Shown: one piece after another, positions 1 to 12,864 of the stretch | Layout of the letters: every line of letters begins with the position of its first letter | Numbering within the stretch: the first letter of the stretch is position 1 | From: Lama guanicoe | Taxonomy: Eukaryota | Direction of reading: 5' to 3' | Length of the DNA stretch: 62,000 bases | Assembly (NCBI GenBank): GCA_013239625.1 | Contig: MU054117.1 | Coordinates: 124,001 to 186,000, forward strand | Translations under genes and position numbers: made by a program | The notes under the pieces: model-generated | What the model was told of the DNA's origin: nothing | Database searches by the model: none | Seen by the model: only the letters and a program-made list of their open reading frames with translations

Positions 1-3000
1 GAGGATACCAAGCCTGGCTTTCCATGCTGCGGCCTCACCTGCCCTGCCATCCTCTTCCTCTCCCTGAACCCAGAGCTCCTGGAAGGCCCAAGTCTGCTCT
101 CACCTGATGGCTCATGCTTCCTTCTGCCCCTAGAGACAGCGCCTGCCTTTTCTCAGCTTCATCCTCCGGGCCCAGGCAAGACAGCATTTCATTACCAAGG
201 CCTTTCCTGACCGCCTTAGCCAAGGGGTTGCTTCCTCTTACCTTGTCCTGGTCTCTCTCCCACAGCCCTCTTCGCAGTCTGTAACTGTGAACTGGTTTGT
301 CTGCGAGTTGACATCTATGCTGGTGATGACGTCTACCCTGTAATTCCATCTCTGAGGCGTGGGAAATGTTGTGTTCGCGTCTGTGCTCAAACCCAGCGTG
401 ATGACTGTGTTTAGTGGGCTCACAGCAAGTGCTGTACTTTTTTTGAGGGACAAGAAAGAAACATAAAATGACTAGTGATTTATCCTATAGATAATACTGC
501 TTCAGTCGGTTTGCAACAGATAGGTCTTATGGAACCACCCAGTGTTCCTCTCCGGAGATAAAAATGGAAACTCTTGATCTAGGCAAAAAACATGAGCTTT
601 TTTCCTTTCCTTTTTCCTTCCTCCCATTTCCCTCTCTCTGTTATTCCTTCTTTGGCTTGTCTTAGAAATGATTTAAGGCAACTTGGGCTCTTGGTCTGTG
701 CTGTGGGTCAAGCAGGACTATTATTCTACACGGGATAGAAGCCTGTGTAATTCTAGAGACTTATTTTGCGACCCATTGGATCCTCAGTTTTCCTAAACTC
801 TCAATCATTTTTGAGAAGCAGCCTGTGTTACTGGCCAGACCTGCTAGAAGAGGGGAGCTTTGAGTCTTATCTCTTTGCTGATTCCCCTTGGGCAAATTGG
901 TGTGGGTATGTGTGTTTTTCCTCATCTTTTAAAGTGGACATAGTATCAGCTTTCCTGTGTGCCAAATACTGTCTGTGACTTGCTGTGAAATGTTTAAGTA
1001 GAGAACCTGAGGGGCCTGTTGAAGTCATGTCTCCAGAACACTTCAGGCTCATCAGGGAAGAAAGAGGCGCTGTGTGAACTCAGGGTGTATCGTCAATCAG
1101 ACTTTCCTTTGGTCGTCTTGTCTGCCCTGGCTGTGCCTTCTGCTGCTGCTTGGGCTGCCAGGATTTGCACATGAAAAGTCTCTGGATCGCCTCCCTCACC
1201 CTCCTGGCCCAGTGGCCACTGACTACCAGAAACAAACTCTAGGGGACTGTCCTTGGTGTGCGGAGTGGCACTGGGACTCGGGGTCTCTCCCCACGGCCTT
1301 CCAGGGGAAGGAGGTGCAGTCTTCTGCTCACCGAGAAGAGCTGGGCCAAGTTCTCCTAAGTCCTTGAGGAGCAGTTGGCCAGACACCAGGGTCTCCATTC
1401 TCCACCCCAGGCCACACTGGTCAGAGCCCCCTTTGGGAGACAGATGCAGGAGCCCCTGCAGTGAGAGCTGGGCCTGTTCATCACAGTGGCAGACTTGTTT
1501 TTAAGCTTTGGTTTTCACTTTCAAAAAAAGCATCTGATTTTAGCAGTAATACTGGGCATACATTTTTAAAAAGTGTAAATTCAGAAGCAGAATTTAATAA
1601 TTTTCCCCTCACTGTTTTTTTCTTTGTGTCTCCTTCTGCCTCCTGAGAAGTCCTGTTTCCTAATGCCTGTCCTTAAATTGGGGGTTGGTGGGAAGAGGCA
1701 CCACGCCCAACTGTCTAGGCCATATAATTTAATAGGATTCATAAAAAATGTAGAAAAACGTTTTATTTCCTGTGTTCCGTTGTTCCTGTTTGTCTTGTCC
1801 TGTGTGTCCACTGCACCTCACGTGGAGGCAGTGCTTCCTAAGCTGTGTTTCATGAACTGTTAAAAGTATTCTGGAGAAAATTAAAATATGTTCTTAATAA
1901 AGTGATTGAACTTTACTCAATTTTTTTGTAGAGGGGGTTTGTTTATAAAGCTTTAGAAAAAACTAACCATTTTTGCAGCAGTTCATTTATCCATGCATGA
2001 GACCTTTTGATTTATGATTAATAAAATACAAATTTATCCAAATACTGAATTCGTATTTGTCGTCCCATGCTAATCTAAATACACCTCATACCTCGAGCTC
2101 CTTTACTATTCTTTTCATAAATTTTAACTTTAAAAAACTGCTTTGTGCTTATATCTGTTTGAGGAATGCTGGGCTGGCATGGCCCCAGTTTTACCTTGAG
2201 ACTCCCTGTAACGCTGAGTAGTCGTGGTGACCGCTGACTGACTTACTCTGCCTTGGACTCTGAGCTCCGCCCTTCAGAATGGTTACTTACCTTGAGCCTC
2301 ACCTCAAAACTGCTGTCTCCCTGAGAGGTAGACAGTCCTGGGCTCTGTTTTACAGCAGGGGAGGTCAGGCTGAGGAAGTCTCCCTCTAGTCACCAGGCCC
2401 AGTAAGGGCTGGGTCCCAGGTTCGGGTCCAGATCGTGGACTCTGGAGCCTGCGCCCTTTGCCTAGGAGGTCCTGGCCATCTGCACCACTTGTCTTTGAGC
2501 AGCTGTGTCCCTTCAGGACTGTGGTCTAACTTTGTGCCCAGGTCACTGCCGTTTTCCCCCTTCCCCCGGCATGCCTAAAAGGCAGGCTTCAGGCTCAGTT
2601 TGCTCACACTGATTCTCTTCTGTTCCTCCCTCTGCCCACCTTCATCTTACCCATCCTCTAGCCTCTCCTCAGATCTACCTTTTCTTCTGTGAAACTTTTC
2701 TGGATCTGCTTACTATTTTTACAAGCATTACTTTTCATTATAGATTTTAAATGTTTATTTTAACTAAGTTAGCTAAATGTTTATTGAATCTGTTAGAAGT
2801 TTGTCATCTAATCTCTGCTTCTGAACTCCTGTTGTCAGTAGGAGTCTATGCCCGTGGTCCCCATGCTTTGGGCAGTGAATATTTGTGTGCATATGAGTGT
2901 GTATGCATGTGTGTGTATGTGTGTGTGCTGCCCATTGGCCAGGCTTGTGAATCCCTTGAGTAGATTCATTAAATATAATAGGTTGAATTAATGACATCTT

Positions 3001-3356
3001 GAATGTACATGTTCTACTTTTTTTGCAGTACAGTAGGCTATGTCATGATTAACAAAATACAAATTCATTGGGAAATGTTGAATTCATGGTAGTTTTTTAA
3101 TGGTTAGGCATTTTTTTCAATTGACAGATTATAAGGAATACCTTATATCACATAATAATAAAAAAATAGTTGATGGTAAAAGGAGTCGTCATGTTGAGAA
3201 AACTGGGACACCCCCCCCTGCCCCCCCCCCCGCCGGCTGTACCACTCATTTAGCATTTATGTACTTTTTGGTAATTTTAGTTATTGTCTTAACTGCTTAG
3301 CTAGACTGTAAGCCCCGTAAGTAAGGGGTCTTTATCATCATGCCTTTTATGGCTTT

Positions 3357-3475
3357 GCAGTGCACGCACACAGGCAGTGCCTTCACACAGGCAGTGCTTG
3401 TACGCACACAGGCAGCGCTTACATGCACACAGGCAGTGCTTGCACACAGGCAGTACCTGCACGCAAGCAGTGCTC
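3357..3475. repeat. Minisatellite, about 6.5 copies of 17/21-nt unit GCAGTGCTTGCACACAG
   Basis: Units read directly: 17, 17, 21, 21, 17, 17 nt plus a partial 9 nt; flanks resemble an L2 3' end (ctagactgtaagccccg...gtgctcaggaagtgtt). Confidence 0.9.
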
Positions 3476-4529
3476 AGGAAGTGTTTACGGCTTTGATTCA
3501 GTCCTTGGATCCTGTTTTCCCTATTCCACTCCAATATTTTACTTTCTTGACTTCCCTCTTGCTATTCTTCCTTTGTCTAATTTTTTTTCAGATAAACCTC
3601 CAATAATTTTCCATCATTAAATTGCAACTACTTGTGCTCCATCTGCACATTCAGCAAGCATTAGGCTAGGTTGTGGGAAGATGTATTATTGGTGAATTAG
3701 TTATTTATGGAGCATTTTTGCCAGGCATTGTGGAAAACGTTTTGGAGATGTTCTCTCTCAGAGAACTTACTTCTGAGAAATACCCTGTGAAGGAGGTACT
3801 GTTTTTACCTCTGTTTATAGGTATGTTAAGTAGGGACTGGACAGCTACGTAGTCAGGATCCAGTCTCAGTCCGACTCCAGGCCTGTGCTCAGAGCCTTCT
3901 GTTGTCTGCGTCTCCTAAGGGTCCGGCATGGTTGTTCCCCTAAGGAATTTTCTGTTGGGGAAGCAGAAACAATGGCAACAATACCGCTTGGATGGGAGTA
4001 AGTATTAAAGTTGTTTGGAACTGCGAAGGAGCTCAAAGGCAGAGGAACTCGGGCAGGACCAGGAGGCGAGGGGGCTTTGTGAGGGGACAGGCTTCTTCTG
4101 CCGGGGTCTGAAAAGGAAGCGGGAATTTGGGTGCAGGAAACAGCGGAACAGGTCTGAGTGAGAAGGGTGTGCTGGTGGGGGTGGGGCTGGGTGGCCAAAT
4201 AGGGAGGCTTGGGTTTCTTGGGGAGAGTGGGAGATGAAATTGGCTAGCTCGAGCCAGGGGGACTTGAAATCGCATAGGAGGATGATAAACACATCTGTTG
4301 CATTTTGAGCAGGACTTGGCAGGGTAAATTTCTGTTAAAGAGCCATGAGGTGAGCAGCAGATGGCAGATTCCTGACGGCAGGATGGCTCTTATTTCTTAA
4401 TTCTTCCCTCCCTGTGTGCCCTTCGTGGGGTCTAGTGTCACCCCTCCTGGTCCTGGAAACAGCCTTCTGTATGAGCTCCCATGGTTCATCAAACCGCAGT
4501 GGAGCAGTGAAGAGTGCAGGACATGGAGG

Positions 4530-4930
4530 TCGGAGAACTGGGTCTGGCTCCTGGGCCTGTAGTCCACTAGCTGGACAAATTATCTGACCTTTCTCCATTC
4601 TTTTCTTTATCCCATCTGTAATTTGCAGGATAGTGGTGACTCAGGGTTGTTTCAGGGTTAAAGTGCTTGCAGATACAAGTACAGAGGCTGTTTAGTCTAG
4701 TGGTTCCAGACTTCCTGGGTTTGAGTACCAGCTATATTACTTTCTGTGTGACTTTGAGCAAGTTACTTAAGCTCTCTGTATCTCCTTTTTTAATCTATAA
4801 AAATCAGCCTGATAAATTTACCTGCCTCACAAGGAGAACTAGAGGAAAAGTAGGTAGGTAGCTGGCTCTTAAACATGCCTGGCATGTGGTAATGTGATTA
4901 ATAAATCATAGTTGCTATTATTAGTATCAT
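4530..4930 (+). mobile_element. MIR SINE fragments (two adjacent)
   Basis: MIR core-like text: ctgggtttgagtaccagct...ttactttctgtgtgactttgagcaagttacttaagctctctgtatctcc...tctataaaaat...acctgcctcacaagg; approximate ends. Confidence 0.7.
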
Positions 4931-7900
4931 TACCATCATCACAGTACTTGGCTTGGAGTAGGTACTTTCTTTGAGGCAGGAGATTAAAGAATAAAGCCTC
5001 CCAAATATATGGTAAGAAACTACCTTTGATCACTGTGTGGAAATGATGTGACTTCAGAGCTGCTCTTAAGCACTGAAATTATAACCATCTTGTACCAATT
5101 TCAAGATCTTTTAGAGATCCTGGTATTAACTGAAATCCTTAAAAAAGTCAGTCATTGTTTTCTGATCTACAGCTCTTGCATTCACAGCCTTTGTTAGGCA
5201 CAGAAATATTCCCCTTCTTTTGTAAATAAAAAGGCAGAGGGAGGGAAGGGAGAGAGGAGGACGCCTGGATTTCCTTTGGCCTCACGGTTGCCTCTGTCAG
5301 AGTACTTCCTTCTGTGGGCAGGAGACACCTGGCTGCGCAGGGCGAGGTCAGCTCTGCTGGATCTGCCCCGGGACTGGGCCGTGCTGTTTGTGTTCAGAAA
5401 CGTCCCTCTCCACCCAGACCGAGACCAGCCACGTTTAGCTTTAGCAGGGTAGTTACATTCAGCAGCCTTCTGGCTGCTTTGGAAAACCCCCAAGCTCTGT
5501 TCTTGAACTAGCAGTTGTATCTGAGTCTTGAATTTATCTGTGTGGAGCAATTCTTTCCTTTCTTTCTTTCTTGTTTTTTTTTTTTAAAGCAGAACTTAAA
5601 TCGTTGGACCTTGTCCTTTGTAGATGAAGTGAGAGTTGCTTTCTGAGGACTGGCTCATACCAGAACCAGCTGCTTTTAAGTTGCTGCAGATCTTTAAAGG
5701 GACAGTTTGTTTGTGGATCAGATTCCCAACCCACAGAACCTGGTGGTCTGTAGGATTCTGGTGTGGCCTGTGACAGTGTTGATGTGGGTGTGTGAGTTTG
5801 GTTTTAAGACTTCAGTCTCAGGTAGGGTCCCAGCCTTGTGGAGCTAATCCCTCTGACTCCCGCCCCCCCGCCCCCGCCTCCATTATGGTCGGTGATACGT
5901 ATGGACGTGTGCCACGTGCAGAGATGGTGAGCAAAACCTATATGCACACGTTAGCCACACAGGCAGATGACTGAACAAAAATAAAGGTGCTCCTTTTGGG
6001 GCACTGGTGTCCTCTGTGGAGCAACATCCTCGGTTCGCAGTTACTTTGTGAATGGCCAGAAGACTGGGCTTGTGCATATTTGGCCTCAGCTGTGCTGTAT
6101 AAGAGTGCAGTCAGAATGACGCGACGGAGGCTAGCCTGTTGAGGGAGGGCTGGGGGCTGAAGAACACGGTGGCAGAGTGGCAACCACAAATTGGCCTTGC
6201 TCCAGCTTCGTCCTCGCATCTTGCACGGGAGCTGAGGAGGAGAGGCGGACATTAGGGAAACAATTGGCTTCTCTCTTCATTCTTGTTAGGATACAGAATT
6301 CCAGTTCCAGTGGTAGTACCATCTTGAATATACTCTGTTAAGATGTCTGTGGATTGGGATCAGAAAGGAAACAGACCTCCATCTGCCTTGGGGAACACAC
6401 AGAACGAAGTCTCTGTTAGTACCTTGGTCGTTACTGCCATTGTGTGGAAGAATCAGTGAGGGTCAGATTCTGCCATATGTTGTAAATGCAGTGAGAGAGG
6501 GGCCTATGTCCTTAAATGTATCCCTAGGACCTCGTACGTGTTTGACCCTCAGCCGGTTGCCCGATGGGTGAAGAGGCTACTTGTCTGAAGCTAGGAGCCA
6601 CTTACTGAAAGGCTGATGTTCAGTCCGGCATTTTGGAGTGTGGGTTAGGATGGGAAATGGCAGAAGAAACTTGCATGGCTCCCCCAGTGCATGGCCACGT
6701 CCTCCTCAGGGCTCGTGTGCCAGGTTTGTGGTGACCCTGAGGCTTGCGGGGCACTTTGAGGGTGAGAGAGGGCTCGGGTGAGTGAATGTCTTCCTCAGCA
6801 CCAAGGGGGTGTCAGAGGTGCTCTCCCAGCCCCAGCGCGTCGTCCTCTCCTAAGTTCCCACAGCGGAAGGTGGTGCTTGGCTGAGACGGGTCAGGAATGG
6901 GGGTGTAGGCCCATCGCACGTTAGCAACTGTCTTGCTTTATTGCTTGGGAGATGATTAGAAATTTTCAGATCTTTTCATCCATGTTTACGTAAAACACAG
7001 GGGAGCAAAGTAATTGCCATGAAGGAATAACATTGGCTGTCATTTTGTCTCATACGTATGTGTCCGTAACAGAGCCTACTTTTAACATTCTGTGTCTAGG
7101 AAAGTTGTGGGTAAAAGTAAGCCATCGATTGGGGTATAAAGTAGTTGTTAGCCTTCCCACCCTTGAACAGGATGCAGATAGCGACAAAGCCAGCAGTTGG
7201 TTGGTATACCCTCTGTAGCTAGTCTGCCTTGTTATTTCCTTCTTCAGAATGTCTTTGAAAATTGCTTATCTCCAGCATCTAAAACTACACCTGCCATAAT
7301 TGGTGCTCAGTGTTTGTTAAAGAACTTTCCCTTTTTAAACTCTGGTTCCCATTACCCTCTCTGCTCACCCTCGTCCTAACCATCCATACCCCAGTGGCCA
7401 TGCAGTGTAGGAAGTGTCTGCTTGTTTGCCATGGTGCCTGTGACAGTTTTTTCCTTAGCTGGATTGTAAGCTTCTTGAGGGTGGAACTACTGTCTTTTCT
7501 GCATGCCTCTTCCAAGGGTCATCGTATGCTGATCACTTTGTGAGCAGTCAGCAAACACTTGATGGACACACTTACCACACTCTTTATAGTCGTTGACCTA
7601 GAAAATAATCAGTCAGAAGCACTTTCCAACCCTGCCCCACTTTGAATTCTTTTTTCTGTAGGTCTTATTATCTGTCTCAGGCTGAATGTTCAGGACATAG
7701 GTTGTATGGATTTGGCTAGGAAAAGAAACACCAAACCGTGTGTTTTTAAAGACGAAGCTCATGAAAAGGTGAAGTATCCGTTGCTCTCTGGAAGGAGAAG
7801 AGTGGGTCCAGTGGGTGATGTGATGTGGCATGGAGACAGGAGGCCTTCCTCTGACCAGGAGGATGCTCTGGATGCTCAGTGGCTGAGGGCGGGCACAGCC

Positions 7901-8489
7901 TGGCGTGGGTTTGGGGTGCAGACCTTCCAGCCTCCCTTGTTTTCCCTTTCTTATCTCCTGTTCTCCCACCTCCACCCCCAAGTCTGGGCCACCTCCTGCC
8001 ATGTTGGAGATATTACTGCCTCAGGTGGCCCAAAGTGTGGGGAGGAAATTCTAACAGTTGGTGAACGTGCCGAGAATGTGGGCTTTCTCTTTATCAGGAG
8101 CACCGCTGAGCTGTTGTGAACCCTCAGGATTGATAAGGGAGCAGATTCTGTGGGTATGAGACCATGTGCCCATCCACTTAGGGAAGGGTTGTGGGGCCAA
8201 AAGTGTAGGAAGCAAAGTAGGGGGTGTGTTGAGGGACCTGGAGGTGGATACCTTCATGGTCAAATCTTGAGCATGCGAGAGGATCTCTGCCCAAGGACCA
8301 TCTTCCTGGTGCTGGTGGTCCTTTACAGTGAGATTTGCCGTGGGGTGACTTCATCTGTTCCTCTGCCTCCCATGGGGCCCAGCAGGAAGGAACGTTATGT
8401 GTTTGTTCTTTTATTAGTTTGTCTTCATTTATCTTTTTAGTTCCTCTGGCAAAAAGTCTTTGGGTTATCTTCTGTTATTCTCAGATCTA

Positions 8490-9075
8490 ATATTTTATCC
8501 ATTAGCAAATTCTGTCAGCTCCATTTTTTATTTTGATCCAGAATCTGACCACAACCTACAGTGATACTTCTTTAGCCAAGCCACGATCACCTGTCCCCTG
8601 GATTTTTGCAGTAACCTCCAAACCAGTTTACCTGCTTCCACCCTTGGACCCCTAGAGGACCCCTTGGGCCTTTTGAAGCCTGGGTCACAGTCCTGCCGTT
8701 CCTCCCCACTGTACCCAGATAAAAGCCACAGAGTGGCCATCAGGCCCCACACAGTCTGTTGGAGGGGTACAATAGCCCTACCCCACTCCAGTCTTGTGTG
8801 CTGCTCCCTGGCAGGTGACCCTATGGCCTGCTCCGCACATGCTTCAAGAACATTCTGGACGACTGTGTTCCCCCCTACCCCCTTCCTCCTCCCACCAGTC
8901 CTTTCTCCTCCACAGTGCACATTTCCCTCTGATATACCAGCGCTGGCTTGCGAGCCGTCTGCCTCCCCAACTAGAGTGAAAGCTCCAGGAGAACAGTACT
9001 GTTTGTCTGTTTTGTTCCTTCTTCTGTCTCCAGTGCCAGGCTCACGGGAGGTGAACAGGAAGTATTTGTTGGCTT
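8490..9075 (+). mobile_element. L2 LINE 3' fragment
   Basis: L2-like text: ccattagcaaattctgtcagctcc...atccagaatctgaccac...tgcagtaacctccaaaccagtttacctgcttccacc...tctccagtgccaggctcac...aagtatttgttgg; approximate ends. Confidence 0.7.
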
Positions 9076-10479
9076 CTTCACATTCATTTATTCTGCATCC
9101 AGGAAGTACTAGGAGCTAGGCTCTGGGGCCCACGATGTGCACACGTGCATGCGCACCACACACACACGGAATGAGACGTGAACTGCTGGCCCCTCAGTGG
9201 GCTCACTGCCCAGGGAGGAGCAGATAATGAAGTAATGACGGCACAGGGGAAGGTGGAAGGACAGGTAATAGGACTGCGTCTGTGGGAGTAAGGATGGTAC
9301 TGACTCAGGCGTGTGATAAGGAGGGCCTGAAGCTGCCCAGACCACCTTGACCCTGGATGTGAGGGCACCTACCTAAAGCCACCCTGCTGTTCTTTGTGCC
9401 CGGCTTCTCTTCATCTCTTCCCGTGAGGCTCCGAGAGAATTATCAGCGGCCTTTTGCTAATCAATCAGTCTACAAATATTAAATGCTTTTTTTGCACACA
9501 AGGTGAACTTCTAGGCACTAGAACACTCTTGAAGGCAGGGAAGGTGTATAAGCTTCATTGTCTTTGTGCCAGATGAGTCCATTTCATGTAACCTTTCCTT
9601 GTAATGTCTGTCTTCCATGAATTTAAATCTTTTTTTCTGTACCCTTTCCAGTTTTTCCCCCTTATTGGTTTATGTTTGTTTTTCTCTCCTAGAAAGATTC
9701 CCTCCCTACCAGAGGGTAATTTATTTCCTTAACCTACCTAATACTTTACTAGCAAAAACCATCCTGCTCCTTCTTCCTTCTCCAAACGGTAGGCAATTGT
9801 TGTAAATCACCCGTGGTGGAGAACAGGCCTTAGAGCCAGGGCCACTACTGCCTGAGCCCCTGGCCTGTTGTCTGTTCTGGCCTGGCAGGCTGCAGTGAAG
9901 TGATGGTAGGTCCACTCCACGATGGACAGTTCAGCTTGCCCTTGGCTTTGGGGTAGAGAGGTGCGTCTGCTCCAGCTTTAACAGGAGAGGAGGATGAGGT
10001 TGGGCCAGCAGAGGAGACCCCTTCCAAAGGAGGACACTTTCCTTTCTTTCTCCCATGACTGCCTCCAGACATTTGTTGTCATCACCACGAGGAGTGTTCA
10101 CTCACCTCCGTCTTTGTTAAAGGCATTTGCATTTTGGGGAGCATAACAACGTGGACTGAGGTTAGTAAGGACGTGTGTTGGTGGGTTAATGAACTGAGGG
10201 TTTAGTGATCTGCTGAGCTTTGCACTGGCAGGGCTTTTGTGCAGGAGCTGGTGGGAGAAGATGGCCTAAACATGATGAAAGTTGCTTGTAATGGGGTTTG
10301 CGTTACCGTAATTGGCGAGGAAAATCTCTAGGTTCATGTCATGCAGGGGTCACTTATGAGACCAAATCATGCCACCTCACTGGATCAGTTTATCCTGAGA
10401 GTTAAGTTATGGGTAACGTGGAATATTTAGTTTCTTGAGGATGAATCTTCCTTCTGCTTAACTCCCTGAGAAGAGCTCT

Positions 10480-11080
10480 GCTCTTTTGTTAGTAGCAGGG
10501 CTTACCACTTAGGAAACTCCAGCCAAAGCTGCTCTGTGTAAGCAAGCACCAGTTTCAAGCTGCCATGGTGGAGTCTGTTCCCTCTTCAAGGAGATTTTCT
10601 CCTTTATGTAAAGAGGCCTAGAGATGGGAAGCCCAGGCTCGGATGCACGTTCCATAATCATCAGGCTTCGGTTCCTTCTGTCTCGGATGGGAGTGCTGGC
10701 CCTGTCAGCTGCAGCATGTGGTCCAAAGCATGGGTTGACAGCTGAGAGTTTAACTAACCTAACTCCACCACCCTGGCGCGCGATTTCCATCCTTTAGGTT
10801 ACCTGGCGGTCAGACATGGCGCTGGAGCTCCAGCCAGTCTATTTTGGTTTCCAAGAAAAACACAAGAGAGGATATGAAATAAAGACAAAAGTTGCTCTCC
10901 CATGTGAGACAACGCCTTTAAAGGCATCTTTCTGGAAGGCTCACACACTTCCGCTTACATCTCATTAACTAGCATTTAGAAACCATGGTCACAGCTAGCT
11001 TCAGGGAGGGCTGGGAAATGTGGTTTTGTAACATTGCAGCCCTAATAAATTTGGGGTTCTGTTACTAAGAAGGAAGTTCA
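10480..11080. mobile_element. Old MaLR (MLT1-like) LTR remnant
   Basis: Characteristic segment acttccgcttacatctcattaactagc...catggtcacagctagcttcagggagggctgggaaatgtggtttt...gggttctgttactaagaaggaag; 5' boundary uncertain. Confidence 0.6.
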
Positions 11081-12389
11081 TGCTGTAGGTAGTGTGTCTT
11101 AAGTAAATACCTTGTGCTCCCTCCTGCCCTGTCTCTGGTACACATAACCATCCTTCCTCCAAATGCTGACTGGCTGGCCTTGCATCTCTCCTTTCAGCTG
11201 CATGAAAATTTGGTTGCAGGAGTCAGTTGAAAGCCGGGGGTGGTGAGAGAGGACACAGTCCTGTAGGTGACGTCTGAGTCAACAGCAGTGACGATATAGG
11301 CCTGGGCATACCTAGGCGGTTGCTGTTCTTACATCTCTAGGCTCTTCCTCCCCTCCCATCCCTGAGCCCTGTTTTGTTTAGATATTGTGATTTTGATGTG
11401 TGACCCCTCTTGGCTTCACTGCTTGACCCAATGATTGCAGGACCTCACAGAGTGGGTGCAGAGTGAGCACGCAGCCCCTCGGAACATGGAGGATTAAACC
11501 AGTGCAGTTTTAAGTAGTGTGTATCCCCTCTCTGCTGCTTGCTGCATCTCCCAGGAGACCAAGAATTGCAGAGAATACACTCAGAAGTCCCTCTTCCTGC
11601 TCATTTCCCCAGCTTGTGCACATACACATCCGCAAATACTGCTTAATGGTTCAAGATTTTGGCTTATGATGAAAAATCTGAAATTCCTCAACTCTCCGGA
11701 CCCTAGTCCTTGGGAAACCTGGATCCTGTACTCAGCTCAGTGGGTTAATTAGAGCTCTCTCAAATTTTTTGTAATCTGAATCCTCAGCAGCTCTGTGATG
11801 TCAGCTTGGGGCTTTTCAGGCAGGAGATGCACTCACGGCTGGCTGACGGTGTCCAGGAAATTGTTCCTGACACACTGAGAGGGGAGCAGATTTGCACTGG
11901 GCTGTCAAGATAAACTGGTGATCATCCCAGAAAATGTTGTTCTCAGCAGCGGCTTGAGAAAGTGTTAATTTGTAAAAATCAAATTAGCATATTACAGGAT
12001 GGTGGTGGGTGGGAATAAGTGTGTGAGAGAGTATAGGAGACTGTCTTGGCTCTCAGATTTCAGCTGGTTCTCAGCTGGGAGCCTTTTTAGACTCTGTTTC
12101 CCCTGCCGCTCCCAGCTTCTTCCATTACCAGCCTGCCTGCTAACCCTGCACGCATCCTGAGCAGGACGGAAGGAGGGCTCCCTGCAGAGTGGGGATGGGC
12201 GGGCATGGATTTCACAGGAACAGAAGGATAGGGGGTGTTTGGGGGCCAGGCAGACCCACCTGTGACTTGAGTTAGTGTGGGACAGGGCCACAACTGCCAC
12301 TCCTAGTCCAGGTCTTTGATTTTCTGCCTCTCTTTTCTTCCTCAAACCAGGGGTATTTTGAGGAGTGGGACAGGAGGAAAGGAGATGAT

Positions 12390-12590
12390 GGTAGCTAATA
12401 GCTGCCATTTATTGTGAGCTTACTGCATGCTAGATATTCTGAGTGGGTAAATGCATTGTCATTTAATCCTTTACAAGTATTCTCTGATGTGGGTATTGAG
12501 TTTCAGAGAGCTTGAGACTTGATGAAGTAGCAAAACCAGGATTTGAATCTAGTTGTGTTTGACTCTCAGCCTATGCCCTGAACCATGTCA
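12390..12590 (-). mobile_element. MIR SINE
   Basis: atagctgccatttattgtgagcttactgcatgctagatattct...catttaatcctttacaag...gcaaaaccaggatttgaatctagttgtgtttgactc. Confidence 0.7.
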
Positions 12591-12719
12591 CATATCTGCT
12601 GCTTCCTCTTTATTTCATTCATTCAGCAAGTGTCTGAGTGCCTCTGTGTTCCAAGCATGGGTCTAGGTGCTGGAGGTGATAACAGTGAGCCATACGGCTG
12701 GATAGAAGTCCTTACTCTT

Positions 12720-12864
12720 GGGGGGAGGGTATAGGTCAAGTGGTGGAGCGCATGCTTAGCATGCACAAGGTCCTGGGTTCAATCCCTAGTACCTCTTCTA
12801 AAAATAAATAAATGAATAAACCTAATTACCTCCTCCATCAAAAAAACAAAAAGGAATGCATTAA
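12720..12864 (+). mobile_element. tRNA-Ala-derived camelid SINE (Vic-1 type) with TSD
   Basis: GGGGAGGGTATAGGTCAAGTGG (A box)...GCATGCTTAGCATGCACAAGGTCCTGGGTTCAATCCC (B box), A-rich tail; TSD agaagtccttactct (12704-12718) / aaaaatccttaccct (12865-12879). Confidence 0.88.

Noticed and set aside
3301..3620. Repetitive Cys/His-rich ORFs; CRISPR-like periodicity
   Set aside because: Head-to-tail minisatellite with no unique spacers
12720..12795. tRNA-Ala gene
   Set aside because: Continues into a SINE tail with A-rich end and TSD, and the stems are imperfect; it is a SINE
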